Source: Phoronis australis (lineage: Eukaryota; Animalia; Phoronida). From it: a stretch of 64,000 bases of DNA. Location of the stretch: contig NMRA01000383.1 of assembly GCA_002633005.1 (NCBI GenBank), positions 136,951 to 200,950 on the forward strand, given 5' to 3'. Position numbers and translations under genes: made by a program. Numbering within the stretch: position 1 is the stretch's first letter; every line of letters begins with the position of its first letter. The notes under the pieces were generated by a model, which had not been told where the DNA came from, did no database searches, and saw only the letters and a program-made list of their open reading frames with translations. Below are positions 50,547-64,000 of the stretch, one piece after another.

Positions 50547-51282
50547 GCATGACTTTGTCAACACAATACGCGATCACACTAACTGGGTGCCTTTCACTCT
50601 GAAGAACAAAGACTCAGGCAACACTGCCATTCATGTGACAGAACCAGGCTCTGCTAAATACCTGGATTTCTCAACAACCTACGACAAATTTGAGCCAAAC
50701 CAAACTGGTATACTGGAGAGGGGACTAGATCGTCTTTTCGGAGATGTCAGTAAAGGATTTCAAGAGACTGAGAGCATGTTAAAAGTAGGTGCCACTCTTC
50801 TGGGTGTTGGAAAGATTGCCTTGGAGGATGGAAAGTTGAAGTTAAAACCATCACCAGACAAGCTGTACATCTTGACCGAGCTATCAAAAGAAGAAGTATT
50901 AAGCAAGCTACGATCAAACTCCACTGTATTTAAAGTTTTCACTTACATATTAGGTATATCCAGCGTCGTTATTCTGGTAATAGCTCTAAGACACAGATTA
51001 CGTGACTTTTTGAGCCGCAGAAACTTCAACGAACAGTTGAGGACGATCAGAGATGCCATTCGTCGGCATAGAAACGACGACGTCGACGGGGGCGAAAGGG
51101 AAAATGCAGAAAATGATGGCCAAAACTGCGTTATCTGTCTGACGAATCCCCGCGAAGTTGTGCTGTTGGAATGCGGCCATATTTGTCTGTGTGCTGACTG
51201 TGTAGAGAAGCTGCCTACACCACGTTTGTGTCCCGTCTGCCGGCAACATGTCATACGAGTAGTACCAACATACATGCCATAG
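50547..51282 (+). CDS. MUL1: MUL1 exon 3 (GIDE domain, second TM, C-terminal C3HC4 RING)
   Basis: VPF.L, KGFQETESMLKVGATLLGVG, TM helix, CVICLTNPREVVLLECGHICLCADC...CPVCR; acceptor TTCTAG|; spliced total 346 aa. Confidence 0.93.
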
Positions 51283-52593
51283 ATGTCACTGAACGCAAGG
51301 TCTTCATACCCATCTTTTGTATTATATGCTTAAACCCAGATTTGAATTGTTTACTGGACTGTGGTTTGCAGTAAGTCACGGAATTAGCTTGACCAAAGCT
51401 TTAGCAAATGGTGATGAAGGAAAGATGGCTGGGATTGCTTGGATTTGGAACGTTGTTGAATAATTGCTCGAGTAAAAGTAGGGGAGATAAGAATAAGTTG
51501 TCAACATAAAGGGTGGGCAAATTTGTTGGAGACTTGAGAGCGAGATGGCACCTTCCTTTTTCTTGTTTAAAAATACTTCTTTTTCACCAGTGGTTTTTGA
51601 AAGTAGTTAGAAGTGATCTAGCTGCAAAAGTCCCTCATTGACCTTGGCCTTTTTTGGTTCACCTAAAAGTATGCATGTGCAATGAAGTGCAGAGGTCTTT
51701 TTAATAACTCCACCTTGTACCAACTGACATGCACCTATTTGTGTGTGTCACTTTAGGACTGGCATAGCCCCTAGCTAAGTAGTTAACTAGAGCTTACAAA
51801 TTCGTACATTGTAATGCAACCAGCTATTTTGAAAATATTGGTAAGCAACAAAATTTTTAATGAAATGTTCTGTGCACTCATCCGTAGTATGACGTAGTGA
51901 TGACTTCACACATAGTCTATGCAGATGACTTGCAGGTGTTCTGTAAAAAGTCTGTTGGCTTGATCCTGTGTTTCTGACAGATTAGGTAAAATTTCCAGAA
52001 TTATTATTTGGTGATGGTTTTACCGGGACAATATTTTGGTAAATGTCTTTGTTTCTGTTGTCTATTTTGCTATAGTATCTCTCTTCTTGGGCACATATGC
52101 AGGATCATGACCTGGTCGCATGAAGCTAAATCTACTATGTTTCTATTTTTGTTTACTCACAAATGTTGTCTTTCTATCCCTTTACCTTTATTGTCAGCTC
52201 CTCGTTTCCTCAAGACGTGTAACTTCCCTATAACATGTAAAAACTGAGCCAGTGCAAATAAGTATAAACTTTTTAAATCAGTGACGTTGCATGGAGAGGT
52301 CCTGTTTATTTTCATTAATAGTGAGAATTCAATGTAGAGTTTACTCTCTGTGTGTATCAAAGCTGAAAATTGACGTAACAGTTTATCTTTATTATGAGCT
52401 GCTCATTTACAATCATATTTTTAGTAATATATGTGAAAACTGTGCAGTTATTTCAGTCCTTAAGTTTTAGATGTTACTTTAAAAAAATTCTGTATTTGTT
52501 TTCACTAAAGTCTCACTGTGTATCAAAGCTGAAACTTGACATGGTGGGAAAGATAAAATAGCAGCAGAAAGGACAGTCAATGTTTGTAGAAAA

Positions 52594-52758
52594 TTTGGGG
52601 AACATAGTTGAGGAGGCCCTATTGGGACTGCAACCAGACTATGCTGCTCAGTTTGTTTGGCCTTAAAGCAGCTTGTGGTTTGGGGAACATAGTTGAGGAG
52701 GCCCTATTGAGACTCCAACCAGTCTATGCCGCTCACTTTGTTTGGCCTTACAGCAGCG
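52594..52758. repeat. ~85-bp direct duplication
   Basis: TTTGGGGAACATAGTTGAGGAGGCCCTATTG...TTTGTTTGGCCTTA twice. Confidence 0.85.
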
Positions 52759-53063
52759 TCTGATTACTTTCTTTTGACAACACCTCTTCATAATGTCTAC
52801 ATGTTTTATTATCCAAATAATGTCTCGTAAAACCAGATGGCACTTAGGTTATGTTATGTTTGGTTTTCAGGTGTTTTTAGTGATTTGATTATAGAATTAA
52901 ATTATCTGTATATGTTTATCCAGTGTCATTGAACACAACGTGTTATTTTGATTAAGACAAGTGGCCTATTTTCTGTTTTGTTGATTGTTGATTGACTCAA
53001 GTATACTTGTACGTGACAAGAACAAAAGGCAAATATATTTCATCAAACATCACATGTTATTCA

Positions 53064-53936
53064 TTTTTATGCACCCACATGTACATATGTAGGTGCACTT
53101 TGTCATCATCTCTGTAAAGGTGTCCACTGCTTTATCTCCTAAAGGTGGCGCTGCTGTATCCCAAATCCTTCAAAGGATAATAATGAGACTTGGCAAATGT
53201 GTTCTTATGAAGCTGACAACAGATGACAATGAGTTGCGGATCGATTCGACTATGGCTTTGGCTCCTAGTGGCAATGTTAGTTTTTTACGTTTATAATAAT
53301 AGTAATGTTTTTTACGCTTATCTCTGTTTCTTTGGAATTCCTGGATGGATTTTAATGAAATCAATTAATTTATAAGGAAACAACGACACCTTGCCATTTT
53401 CATTATTTACGCGTCTGTTTTTCGGCTTCTGTTTCTCTATCTGCCAAACTGCTTCTAGGATCATTACGGAAATTGGTACATCTGTTCCTGTTGAGAAGAA
53501 CATCGCTGACATTGATTTTTGAATGCGATCTTCTACTGTCGTGCCCATAGTGGTGATTTTGTTTTTGTGTATGCAGCAGAGTCTCCTCAAAACTCTTGCA
53601 CGACCTTTGTCAAAGTTTGTCAAGTGTTTTTCTGTAGATGTAGGAAGAGATGGCAATGAAGTACTTTTAGGAAGATCTGACTACCATTGTGCCCCCTAGT
53701 GGCAATTTATGTTTACCCCACACTGTATCTTCAGAGTACCTTGACAAGTATAAATATTAATGAAATGTGACAACTGAGTTTCTATATGAGATGCCTACAC
53801 CCTTCTATGTTTGGACCGATTAGACATATTCTCATGCTACCATCGTCCAGTTTTATCGTGCTAATAAATACCCCTGCAAGTATACCATTTGTGGTGCAGT
53901 CATGTGTGCATTTGAACACTTTGTGTTGCTCTGGTT
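53064..53936 (-). mobile_element. Reverse-oriented older copy of the HINE-like family at 15407-17406
   Basis: Ends match the reverse complement of that element (TTTTTATGCACCCACAT hairpin; GTGGTGCAGTCATGTGTGCATTT...GTTGCTCTGGTT); internal GCCCCCTAGTGGCAATT motif. Confidence 0.7.
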
Positions 53937-56900
53937 CTTCTTTTTAACATTGAACCTGAGCATGGACTTGAGTGGTCTGTTTTCTTTGACAACTGTAGTT
54001 ATGTGGTGCCACCTTCAGAGTTTATCATAAACTAATTAATTGATAGACTAAAAAGACTGTAACCCACACAGTGCTCCATGGTACATTGAGATTTGAGATG
54101 GGTAATATAAGTTAAATGGGACCACTTTTAGCAAAAATTACATTGTAGCCCATTGTCTTTAAAATTTACAGCAGGATCACAATTTTCTGAAATGACATGG
54201 TACAGTCACATTTTCATGTCGAATATGTTGGTAAGAAATTTAAAACTGTTAAGTATGGGTGCAGCGTTACTGTTCATGGAATTAAATAGAAGGCATGTCC
54301 AACAAGGTACTAACGTTCGATTACTTAAAATTCCATCCTTGTAACAAGTCACTGAGCAGTCTTGTCTCGACCCTCACTTGCAAATGTCATTATCAAACTT
54401 TTCTTCGGCCCCTTTCTACAGGGGAGATAATGTTGGATGAAAAAATAACTTCAGTATAGATACTTTAACTTATGTTCATGTACATTTTCTTTAACTGTTT
54501 CTCTCCTATGTCAAAATGTAACAACAAACAATTGTGATGCCTTGGTATATCATCAGAGTAACCCCCAATGACTCCCTGAGTGTTTGGCAAAACAGAATTC
54601 TGATATCTTATTTCTTTTGCCACTTGAAACCGTCTGTTTGTTCATGCTGTTGTCCTGTTCAAACAGCTGTGCTAGTTGTCGCTCCTATTGTTGTGTTTCT
54701 CACATACTTGGCTCTGTTTGTTTTTGGCTAATCAAACAGTTCAATGCATTCTTGTTGGAATTACTCTAACCATGAATCCACAGCAACTCTGTGATAAATA
54801 TTGTAAACCAGCCCTCAAGACAAAGGTGTGTTGTTTGTTATCAAAGGTTTATAATTAAAGGATATCTGTCTATGAAAGGGTGTAGACTGTCTTCAAATAA
54901 ATGCTAATTAACAACATATTCACTGTGTGCCACTGGCATCAATTGTTCGACAAGAAATCTGTTGTCAGTAATGTGATACTCTATGCACTGGCAGATGCCA
55001 ACACTAGAGTGAACATGATAGCAAATGACAGAAATGTATGTCTCAAGGAGTACCACATCACTGCTCTCTTAAACTGCTCTCTTAAACGGCTCCCTCGGAT
55101 TTTACAGCATCTTTGAGTTACCCTGGTAGAAATTCATCCAGTAAGAAATTCCTATTGCATGCCAGGCAATGTCAATGGTCAAAAGATAGTTTATTTGTAA
55201 AGACGGTGGCACAGTCTGTATCACAAGTCATGGTTTTTTAGCTCGTTTATTGTGTTAAAAACATGGGGAGCTTGGACTAAGCATTTAACTGGTACCTACA
55301 AGTCTATTTATCTGCACACGTAGCTTTAGTACACACAGTAATTATGACTACAGGGTTTCCTTCTCAACTGTATTATTCATATTGTAATTCTAGTAAACTT
55401 TAATGAAATAAGATAGTATAGGCTTGGAGCCAATACCTTGTCTAAACGTCTTCTGTTATTGGTTAAACCATTGTATGGAGTTAGGTTTCTATCAATTGCT
55501 AGTTATACTCGTGAATACTAGACATATTCACTGTGTTGCATTAGTGGGCACCAATGGGCTGATTGCCTATGATTTAGGACATAATTTAATGGTTTTGATA
55601 AAATTTTCTACTTGTACAACTTCTGATAATTATGCAGTAATTAGGTAATTTCTGCATCATTTGGCTCTTGGATTTACTTTCAACAAATCCTTTTCAAACT
55701 GTTGTAACATAGCATGGAGTCTTTCAGAGGAAGCAAGAATAGTGTGCATGAAGGATGCTGTAATGGATAAGTTTAAAATGTTGCTTTCAGCCACTGTCAG
55801 TGCTAACTGAACAAGTGACTTGAACAGATTTGTACTAAGTAGTGTTCTTGGAAAACAGTGTTGCTGTAAAAGTCCTTTCCGGGTGCAGGTTTAATGGCAA
55901 CCTAGGACCAAAGTTGTACAAATACTGCTAGGAACCTGTGTATTTTGTTGGTAGTCTTCATACAGCTAGGTGTCTGGCTAGTTTAAATGGCAGCTTCTCT
56001 GTTAGGACCTTTCTTGCATCAACCCTAGACACTACCGAGACATTATGCACCAAGAAATCTAGGCTTATTCAACAGAAATAGCATCTTTTACTTACGCAGC
56101 TCAGAGAAATTAAACATCTGAGAAATTTAGTTTCGAGTCATACTATGGCAGATAATGGCACATTGCTAAAGAATTGTCTCTGAGATATTAGGGGACAACA
56201 ACCCGTTCTCATTGCATCTCTCAATTATAGCCCTGGAACCAGGATTGTGGCCTTTATTAAATAGAGCTCTTTTCATTGAATAGTTAATGATATTGGCAAG
56301 TTCTGGTAAAAATCGATATCAACTTTTCTAAATTAATTACTTGACTAAATCTAAACTGAAACATGGAAACTGATAGAATTTGTGAAGGAACGTTCAGAAC
56401 TCATCTTTCCCCCAGAGCTAACTGCCAATCACGTTTTCAGATTGACAGCCGAAACCATCCATTCCCCAAAGGTTTGTTCAAGTCAGTGCCAAACCAAAGA
56501 CAGCATCTGCAACTTTTCCCAGCCACATCACCAAAATCCTGTTTTAAAGGGAAGACATTTGAAGATGCTTTGGGCATGCAAAATAAAACCCATGTGTTTG
56601 ACAGAAATTAAAACAGTTTGGGCCTTTAAGGTATACAGACATTTTGGTTCCTGAAATAACAGTGCCACACTCCCGGCTACAGAAACCAACTGCAGGCTCC
56701 CAGTACTTGTACTAGACAATTTACGGGTGCACATCGTTGGTCTCTGGAGCGCATTGTGGCATTGTGCTTGGTCACTAACCACTGTTCCCATCTCCTACAG
56801 CAAAATTTAAGGGCAACCAGATAATGTGCTCGAGTTGTGAGTACATTTTGTGCTTTGTCCCAGAGATAAGTGTCTGCTTCCTACACAGAACCATCTCACT

Positions 56901-57537
56901 CAAATAATTTTGCCAGATGAATAGAAACCGTCGCATCAGGCAGATAAAGTTGGGATATGTATATTAACCTCTTTATTCATTTGATAATATAAATCACATT
57001 CAGAGGTGTCTACAACAAGCTACATTCATCAACAACCAATGCAATTGCACTAAATGTTACATTACTGACTATATCTTAAGATAACAGTACTAAATTTTGA
57101 CAACTTTAACTATAACTGACCAGAGATTTTTCTCATCTGACCACACAGTTGACTCAACAACAAAGTACACAACTATGTGCTGAACATTAGACCAGCTGCA
57201 TCATTGCATAATCAAGGCCCAATCTGAAGCACAGGCCTTTTCTCAAAAAACTGTGATGCTCAATTCTTTTTCAAGTTACATTACTGACTTCAGGATACCT
57301 CCTTGCAATGCAAAATTTAAATAAATTATCATCAACGTCATGAAATGGTGTTTGCTCCATAAACAGAGTGCATCACCTCACAACAAACACTGAAAATGGA
57401 GTTTTAACAGAGAAAGTCGCGTTACTGTCAGCCAAGAAATTAAGCTGAAAATGAGGGCCAGACACTACAGTGAATGTCCTTATAAGTACATAACAGTTAA
57501 TGAGCCTGCATATGCACACAACCTATTCCTGTAATAC

Positions 57538-57676
57538 GTTCACGTGATCTACTCAGACCCATTGGTATACCACTAGTTATTATGTTCACGTGATCTACTC
57601 ACATCCATTGGTATACCACTAGTTATTATGTTCACGTGATCTACTCACATCCATTGGTATACCACTAGTTATGTTT
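57538..57676. repeat. ~46-bp minisatellite, 3 copies
   Basis: GTTCACGTGATCTACTCACATCCATTGGTATACCACTAGTTAT repeated. Confidence 0.9.
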
Positions 57677-60600
57677 GAATGTGTACCTAAAGTCTATGAT
57701 CAAGCAGACTCAAGGACTACATTCAAACCTACTAGAATATACCCCAGTGATATAATTATTGAACATTTAGCAAGTGTGTAGTAAAACACAGTGATCAAAA
57801 GCAAACTAGCTTACAGAACAATGGTGTAAATATGACAGAACTAAAGCTGATAGATTGTACTAAACATATCTAAACACAATGAAACTCTGGTTAGAGACAC
57901 CAGTGACATTGTTCTATAATACAGTTGATATAGTTCGGGCACTGGGCCTTCAGTTTGGCATGAAATCTCTCTGTAGGGCACGCACAATTTTTCTGCACCT
58001 TTGAAAAAAGTTGCACCATTACAAAATCAAATTCTCATCAGCTACACTTTGAAGAAATTGCAAACCACCAAGACTTCTAATTTTGCAGCCGACAAGTTCA
58101 TGACCTTTCACTGTGATCATTTCATTTTTTAACTCTCAGTACATTAGGATCATCTCTCAGCACATATTTGGTTAAAAAACATACAAATCAAATCTCTATA
58201 AAAGACAATAAATACAAGGAGTTGCAGGACAACCACAACAAGACAATCGATGAGGTAATCAATAAGTAGAATTATAGATATTCACAAATGTACGATTGTC
58301 TGTGTGGAACTGTACAGAAAACACTTCAGATTGCATTCAAATGGATTACTGATTACATAACAATAATTAAACGACAGTACAAAATGACCTTATAGACTAG
58401 AAATACAGTCACTGATTGTCAGCAAATGACACCATTCACAGACCAGCAAATAAAAACACTAAAAATTAAAACATGTAACAATTTGTTGATGGTTTCATTT
58501 CTTATGTTGCTAAGTGACTTATGATGTTGAAACAAATGCATGACAAATCATCCTTTAACAGGCGACAAATCACCCCTTTAACAGGCGACATTAGATTGAA
58601 GGTGAATACACACTGCAGCATAAGTTTTCAACAGAAAATATAGAACTTAAATACAGTCTGTCCAATAAAGTTGTTTCAGACTCCAGACAAAAGTTGGAGT
58701 TGTGCTTTTTTAAGTAGCTGCTAAGCTACACCTGATGGTGAGGCAGAGTATGGACCTATGAAAATAAACGGGGCAATTACTGATTAACATTCCTTACACA
58801 GAACAATAAACTTTGTTGAGAAAGTGGGATAATTACAGGGTCAAAGGAGGTCATGAAGAGAGGACAGTGTACCAGGACTTGACTAGCACGTAGGTACAGC
58901 ATTACATTGGCACGCTGACATATAGTATGGTATTACAGGGGCACGCTGGCATGTACAGGTCAGTGGAAGAATTTAGAAGCCAGATCTTAAACTTGTGGTG
59001 AATGTAATCATTCCTCAGATGAAATCTGGAGTGAACTAAGAAAGCTTGGGAGAATACACCTCCANGGGCAATGTAGCACGGGGGAGTATTCATGACAAAA
59101 TATCACATCTCAGAGCAAAGACATTAATGCACACAAATGTTAGCAGATAAAAGTGTTAACTCCTCCAAGATGAATAATTCATCAAAATTCATTGGTAACT
59201 AAAACTTATATGGTGCAATTACAGCATACATGTTCACACCAGGTTGCAAATTAATGAGCTACACATGGTGATGGGTGCAAAAGCCAAGCTGGTAGAGATG
59301 CCATGCCCAATGATGCTGGCTTGTGCAAATAACAAATATTCTGGACTACTGTCACAATGCGATAGTCACAGCTAATGAACACAACATTGCAGCAGGAACT
59401 CTGTCTCCCTGTTTCACTCAAGTGAAAATGTTAATACCAAGAAGCCTGGATAAAATACACCGAGGACTACGGACTACCTGGCTAATCAACTCTGAACAAA
59501 ATGGAAAATTTGTCAGGAATTTCATTTCAGCAAAATCTGGCCTGAAAAGGACTCGCAGAGATAACCTTTACACAATTCTTGTGGAAGTCCTTGGTAAAAC
59601 TGAAATAGTGATTATACAAGTTCCATCCAAGAACAACCATAGGTATCAAGACAGGTGACTGGTGTTTTATACTTCTATTGCCAGGCCACAACCACAGAAC
59701 ACAGTGGCAGCCATTTTGATATAATCACGATATTTGAAGTCGGGAGATAACGAGACAAAAATGCAAGGATTCAGGAATTGTACCAGTTTTAACATCTGAG
59801 TAATACATAAATGTAAAATCAGATTTTAATTGCCCAATATGCTTTCATGAACAATGGCCACAGTGGCTTACACCGTGTGGTTTTTCCAACAAACATGGTG
59901 AAAAAGAACAGTTAACTACAAAAGCCTGGAGGGAGAAATGTCAGACTGTTTTGAAACAATATAAAGGCGTTGCTGCCATTTTGTTGACACAGATGTACAA
60001 AGTACAGTCAGTGAGTGAGATCTCCAGTCTGTGAAATTCTGACAAATGGGAAAAAGGTGGCAGGCCACGAGACCACTTGAAACTTGGCCAGCAGATTAAC
60101 AACACTTGTAGCTCTCTTACAGGGTGTACACAAAGTACACCAGCCACTAGAATACAACTATTTTCTTACAGGGTGAACATCAGTATATTAGCCATTAGCA
60201 CACACCTGGGTTACTTCATACATAAATGAACTACAAAAACAGTCCGTCAGGTGACAAAGTTTTGAGAGATTTTATATAGTTCAGAAGTGTTGAGGTACCA
60301 GATCAGAGCCAAACACAGGCAGTGTATTGGAATACTTCCCAACTGATCATGAAGAGGCAACTAGAAACAGCTGTTCTGTGTCTAACCAACAGGTCTTTCT
60401 ATTGGTTAAGGCTATCCTGATTTTTTGTAATGCCCGGGGTAATTATTCAGTGCTTATATTTAATGTTCCAAAAATTTGTCCAGAACTGCAACATTGCAGT
60501 ATAGTAAAATAATCTTTGATAGAAATCTATAGAAAACTGGTGTACAGCCCTCAGTTGTGTCCCTGGCCTTTCCCTGGAACAACATTGACGGGTGTTGAGT

Positions 60601-61895
60601 GAAAAGTTTGGACAGTCCTGTCTAACACAGCTGCTTATCAATAATGAAATCAGGCAACCAAAAAGCTGAGCAGACATAACAAAAACTAGAGAGAACAGCA
60701 GGCAGGGTGTAAGGTTGCCCCCGATTGAGTGAGCTACCTGTTGTTTTTCACATTAGCCCAGCAAAAGAACGGCTGTTGATGGCTAAAAATATGCATTTGT
60801 GAATTCATTGAACATGGCAAAGTCAAGTTTAGCAAATTTGGGCCAAACGAGGCGAGGCGGTGTTTTACGATGGCAACAATTAAAACTTGGGAGATGAGAG
60901 TATAAAGCACAACAGTGTGACAAATGAGTGACTTGACAATAAGCTTCATAACACCTGTAGCAGTCGATCCAATTAAACGGACAGTCACCTGTATAAAGCT
61001 GAGTAACAGAGTAAAATCTGCTACAGTTCTAGTCTCGCATCCACGGATAAAAATAGTAGTACTATTTACAAAATCTACAATAAAAATTACTAAAATAGAC
61101 CTAGTGAATCTGTACAAAACCGTATAGATACACGATAAGTATACGAGACCTATGTGACAATGAGAGCGCTGATATGCTCACAAAACATATATATCAAATA
61201 TACATTAATCATTATCATACACCCATTGTTCACGTATGTACAAAACACAATGCTACGTAATAATAATATTAATAATAATCATAATAATAATAAATGTAAG
61301 AATATTTTAGTTAATATTAAATGTACACTGTCTGCTTGATCCACCATCAGCAAGACTAGACACTTAGCACATCTACAGCACTCTCCTAATGGTAGGCAGA
61401 ACCACCACAAGGAGGTGCTACACTCTCCTAATGGCAAGCAGAACCATCACCAGGAGGTGCCACATTGCAACATTCATAATCATGACTAGTGAGAGACGAG
61501 TCTTACAAAAATATGTCTTTGGTAAATTGCTCATCGGCACGGATACATCAACAGCAGTTACTGGCAATGCATATACTAGAGTAGAGGAACACGTGAGGCT
61601 GGCAGTGATACATGTGTTGTCCCGATACAGATACATACATAAACACGTCTGAAGGTCCAATATACACTGCTGTGTACTTAATTACCATGGTGTACCTGCC
61701 GCACCTATGAACCATAGTTATCAGACACTTGTTAGTCTCTGACGACAATATTGAACCTCGGGAACAATTCACAAAGTATAGTCATAGATCAGTGACAGTC
61801 GCTGCACATATTACAGGCTGCGACTGTCACCAGGTACATCTTATCAGACCATCAAATACACACATGACCAGCTGTAAACATGGGGTGACTCCAGG

Positions 61896-62270
61896 CTATG
61901 ACTGCGAGGTGCATGAGGTGCCATGCAAGGACGCTACCTCTGCAGCAAACACTGGGTCCTTATACAGCTCATCAATCTCCTCTGGCTGAACATGCCTATG
62001 TTCCGAGCGCAGCGACCGTGCTGACTTGCTAGATTTGTTGCTCTTGGTCGACCTGGTCGACTTGCCACTACGGATGCTATTTGCCCGCGTCGACTGTCTG
62101 TGAAGCAGGTTTTGACTGATTGTGCGGTGTAAGTTCTTATTACTCAACGCCGCAGCGTTCATGATCCATGGATGCTTAAGAGCCTGGCTTGCCGTCATTC
62201 TCTCTTCAGGACTGATGACGAAGATTTGGTCGATGAAGTCCTTGGCTAGTGTCGACACGTCTTTCCACGG
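61896..62270 (-). CDS. PSKH1: Last coding exon of serine/threonine kinase H1 (CAMK group)
   Basis: PWKDVSTLAKDFIDQI...PEERMTASQALKHPWI (subdomain XI) followed by KNLHRTISQNLL and the STRSTKSNKS tail typical of PSKH1; acceptor TTTCAG| at 62271; upstream exons not seen in the window. Confidence 0.85.
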   Translation of the reverse strand, partial: PWKDVSTLAKDFIDQIFVISPEERMTASQALKHPWIMNAAALSNKNLHRTISQNLLHRQSTRANSIRSGKSTRSTKSNKSSKSARSLRSEHRHVQPEEIDELYKDPVFAAEVASLHGTSCTSQS

Positions 62271-62826
62271 CTGAAATTACAGGGAGTTGACATTAGCTTA
62301 TTATTTTCATGATCCATAATAAGTTACACAAAGCAGAGACTCGACAAAGCCCAACACTGTTATATGATGAAGCACATACATTCTCTGCCATACAGTCTCG
62401 CAAGTCAAAATTGTTCAATGGATTTAACTACGACCCATCTTGGAAGACCCATGCAGAGAACAAAACAGTGAGTCATGACATAGGCTACACAGAGCACTAG
62501 AACAGGAAGTCACCAGGGACACAGGCACATTTGCATCCTATCACCACAAAGACTTCACACAATGTTTACCTTATGCTAATTTTAATTACCTGGCTTACAC
62601 TAGACTTAGCAAAGAAATGGTTTCCTTTACACGACACGCTATAGTTATTTTGGTTTAATTTTTGGAGCGTGTTTCATTTAAATCTAATTGCAGATATTAT
62701 CGTAAAGGTCATGAGAAAAAAGCACTCTCATTGGCGTATCGAATTTCTTCCCAATGAGACAATCAATTTTTCACTGGGTGTGCCTCAATACAACATGAGA
62801 CGAAGGTCACTGGAGAAATCTCATCA

Positions 62827-62953
62827 TAGAACAGACTGTTGGGCCATGCCCTAACTGCTGACCAATTCCATGCTCTAACTACAGAGAACAGACTGTTGGG
62901 CCATGCTCTAACAGCATAGAACAGACTGTTGGGTCATGCTCTAACTGCTGACC
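62827..62953. repeat. Short tandem repeat AGAACAGACTGTTGGGCCATGCTCTAAC, 3 copies
   Basis: Direct reading. Confidence 0.8.
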
Positions 62954-64000
62954 CTCATCAAGAGAGTAGTGCTGCCAAGGACTTTAAAACTCATCAACCT
63001 GCTTGAAGGCCAAACACACAACTCCAGTTGACTCAGCCGTAACAATCAAGAAAAAACAAAAATACAACAGCGTCAGGTTACTAACTGGGACACTTTAGTG
63101 GTAAAATAATGCTAATTGTTTTCAACTATGGTTTGTGTATATGTAGTGTAAAAAGTATTACTGTAGAGTTGAGTATTACATTTAAAGAAAGCTAACACAA
63201 GGTGTGTATGTCAAAACATCAAGCTTGCAGTCAATGTTGCGTTCACACTAAAGACTAACTTTGACAAGTCTATACAGTGCACAAATATAACTACAACACA
63301 AAATGGTGGCTTTCAATTTTTCAATGGCTGACTTTTTAAACTTTTTGCAAATAAATTGTATGTCAGCAAAAGTATTACATCATGCACGCATTTCAGACCA
63401 TGTTTGTAATAGACCAGAATATTCGCAATCTCAATTTTGAGTAGAAATTGAAAAAAACTTTCCCTTGTGGGCCATTTTGTGTGTCAAATAAATGAAGACT
63501 TAGCGGTGCACCAGTTTTCATTGTAAATTTAAGGCCACTGGAAGTGTAACACTGGACAGCACACATTACATTTGAGAGTACTTAGTCAGCAAAACAAGGA
63601 TTAAAAATCACTTTCACCCCCAGTCTGTGTGAGAAATTTCAATGAACTTGAGCCACATGATTTAATTCATGGCCTTATTTGGATTTGGGCCACTGTTACA
63701 ACACTAGACCTCTCCCAACTGACCACAGGACCTATCCCAGCTGATCACAGTAAAATATGTCCAATCTAGGATAAAACGTGGCTGTCAACTGAAATTTAAT
63801 TCACTTTTTCAGGAAAGAGAAGCATCACCAACCAAAAATTCTTGATGACTTAAAGGCGAAGGCAACCTTTTTTCATCTCTTTTTAGCAAAAACAAGTTAC
63901 ATCGGTTATCCCAGACATATTTTCCCCTTAATAACAGCTTTTCGTAATGTGATTAATTATTCGTTCTCTACTCCGGAAGTGACGTTTTGGGAGGGAAGAA

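Overview
Eukaryotic (metazoan, AT-rich, intron-rich) genomic DNA. The repeat landscape suggests a marine invertebrate, probably a lophotrochozoan, but that is inference. Four spliced protein genes can be reconstructed by hand from GT-AG sites and exon phases. (1) Minus strand: the 5' part of a GSE1/plexus-like nuclear protein, with a 1.9-kb exon carrying five CxxC...PFFPFL...CxxC...QW repeats and two candidate downstream exons; the rest lies left of the window. (2) Minus strand: a complete five-coding-exon, 280-aa gene for a signal-peptide-less protein resembling bacterial PhnD phosphate/phosphite/phosphonate ABC substrate-binding proteins; the ORF track shows only fragments of it. (3) Plus strand, head-to-head with it: a complete three-exon MUL1 (MAPL/MULAN) mitochondrial RING E3 ligase, 346 aa. 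(4) Minus strand: the last coding exon of a PSKH1-type kinase. Introns and intergenic DNA contain many non-autonomous transposons (Helentron/HINE-like, Harbinger, Mutator-like, TA-targeting MITEs) and minisatellites. The main candidates for something undescribed are the intron-containing animal PhnD-like gene with no ABC transporter partner, and a HINE-like element whose ~150-bp internal repeats each carry a close match to the CTCF core motif, with decayed copies scattered across the locus. All homology calls come from motif recognition; no database searches were run.
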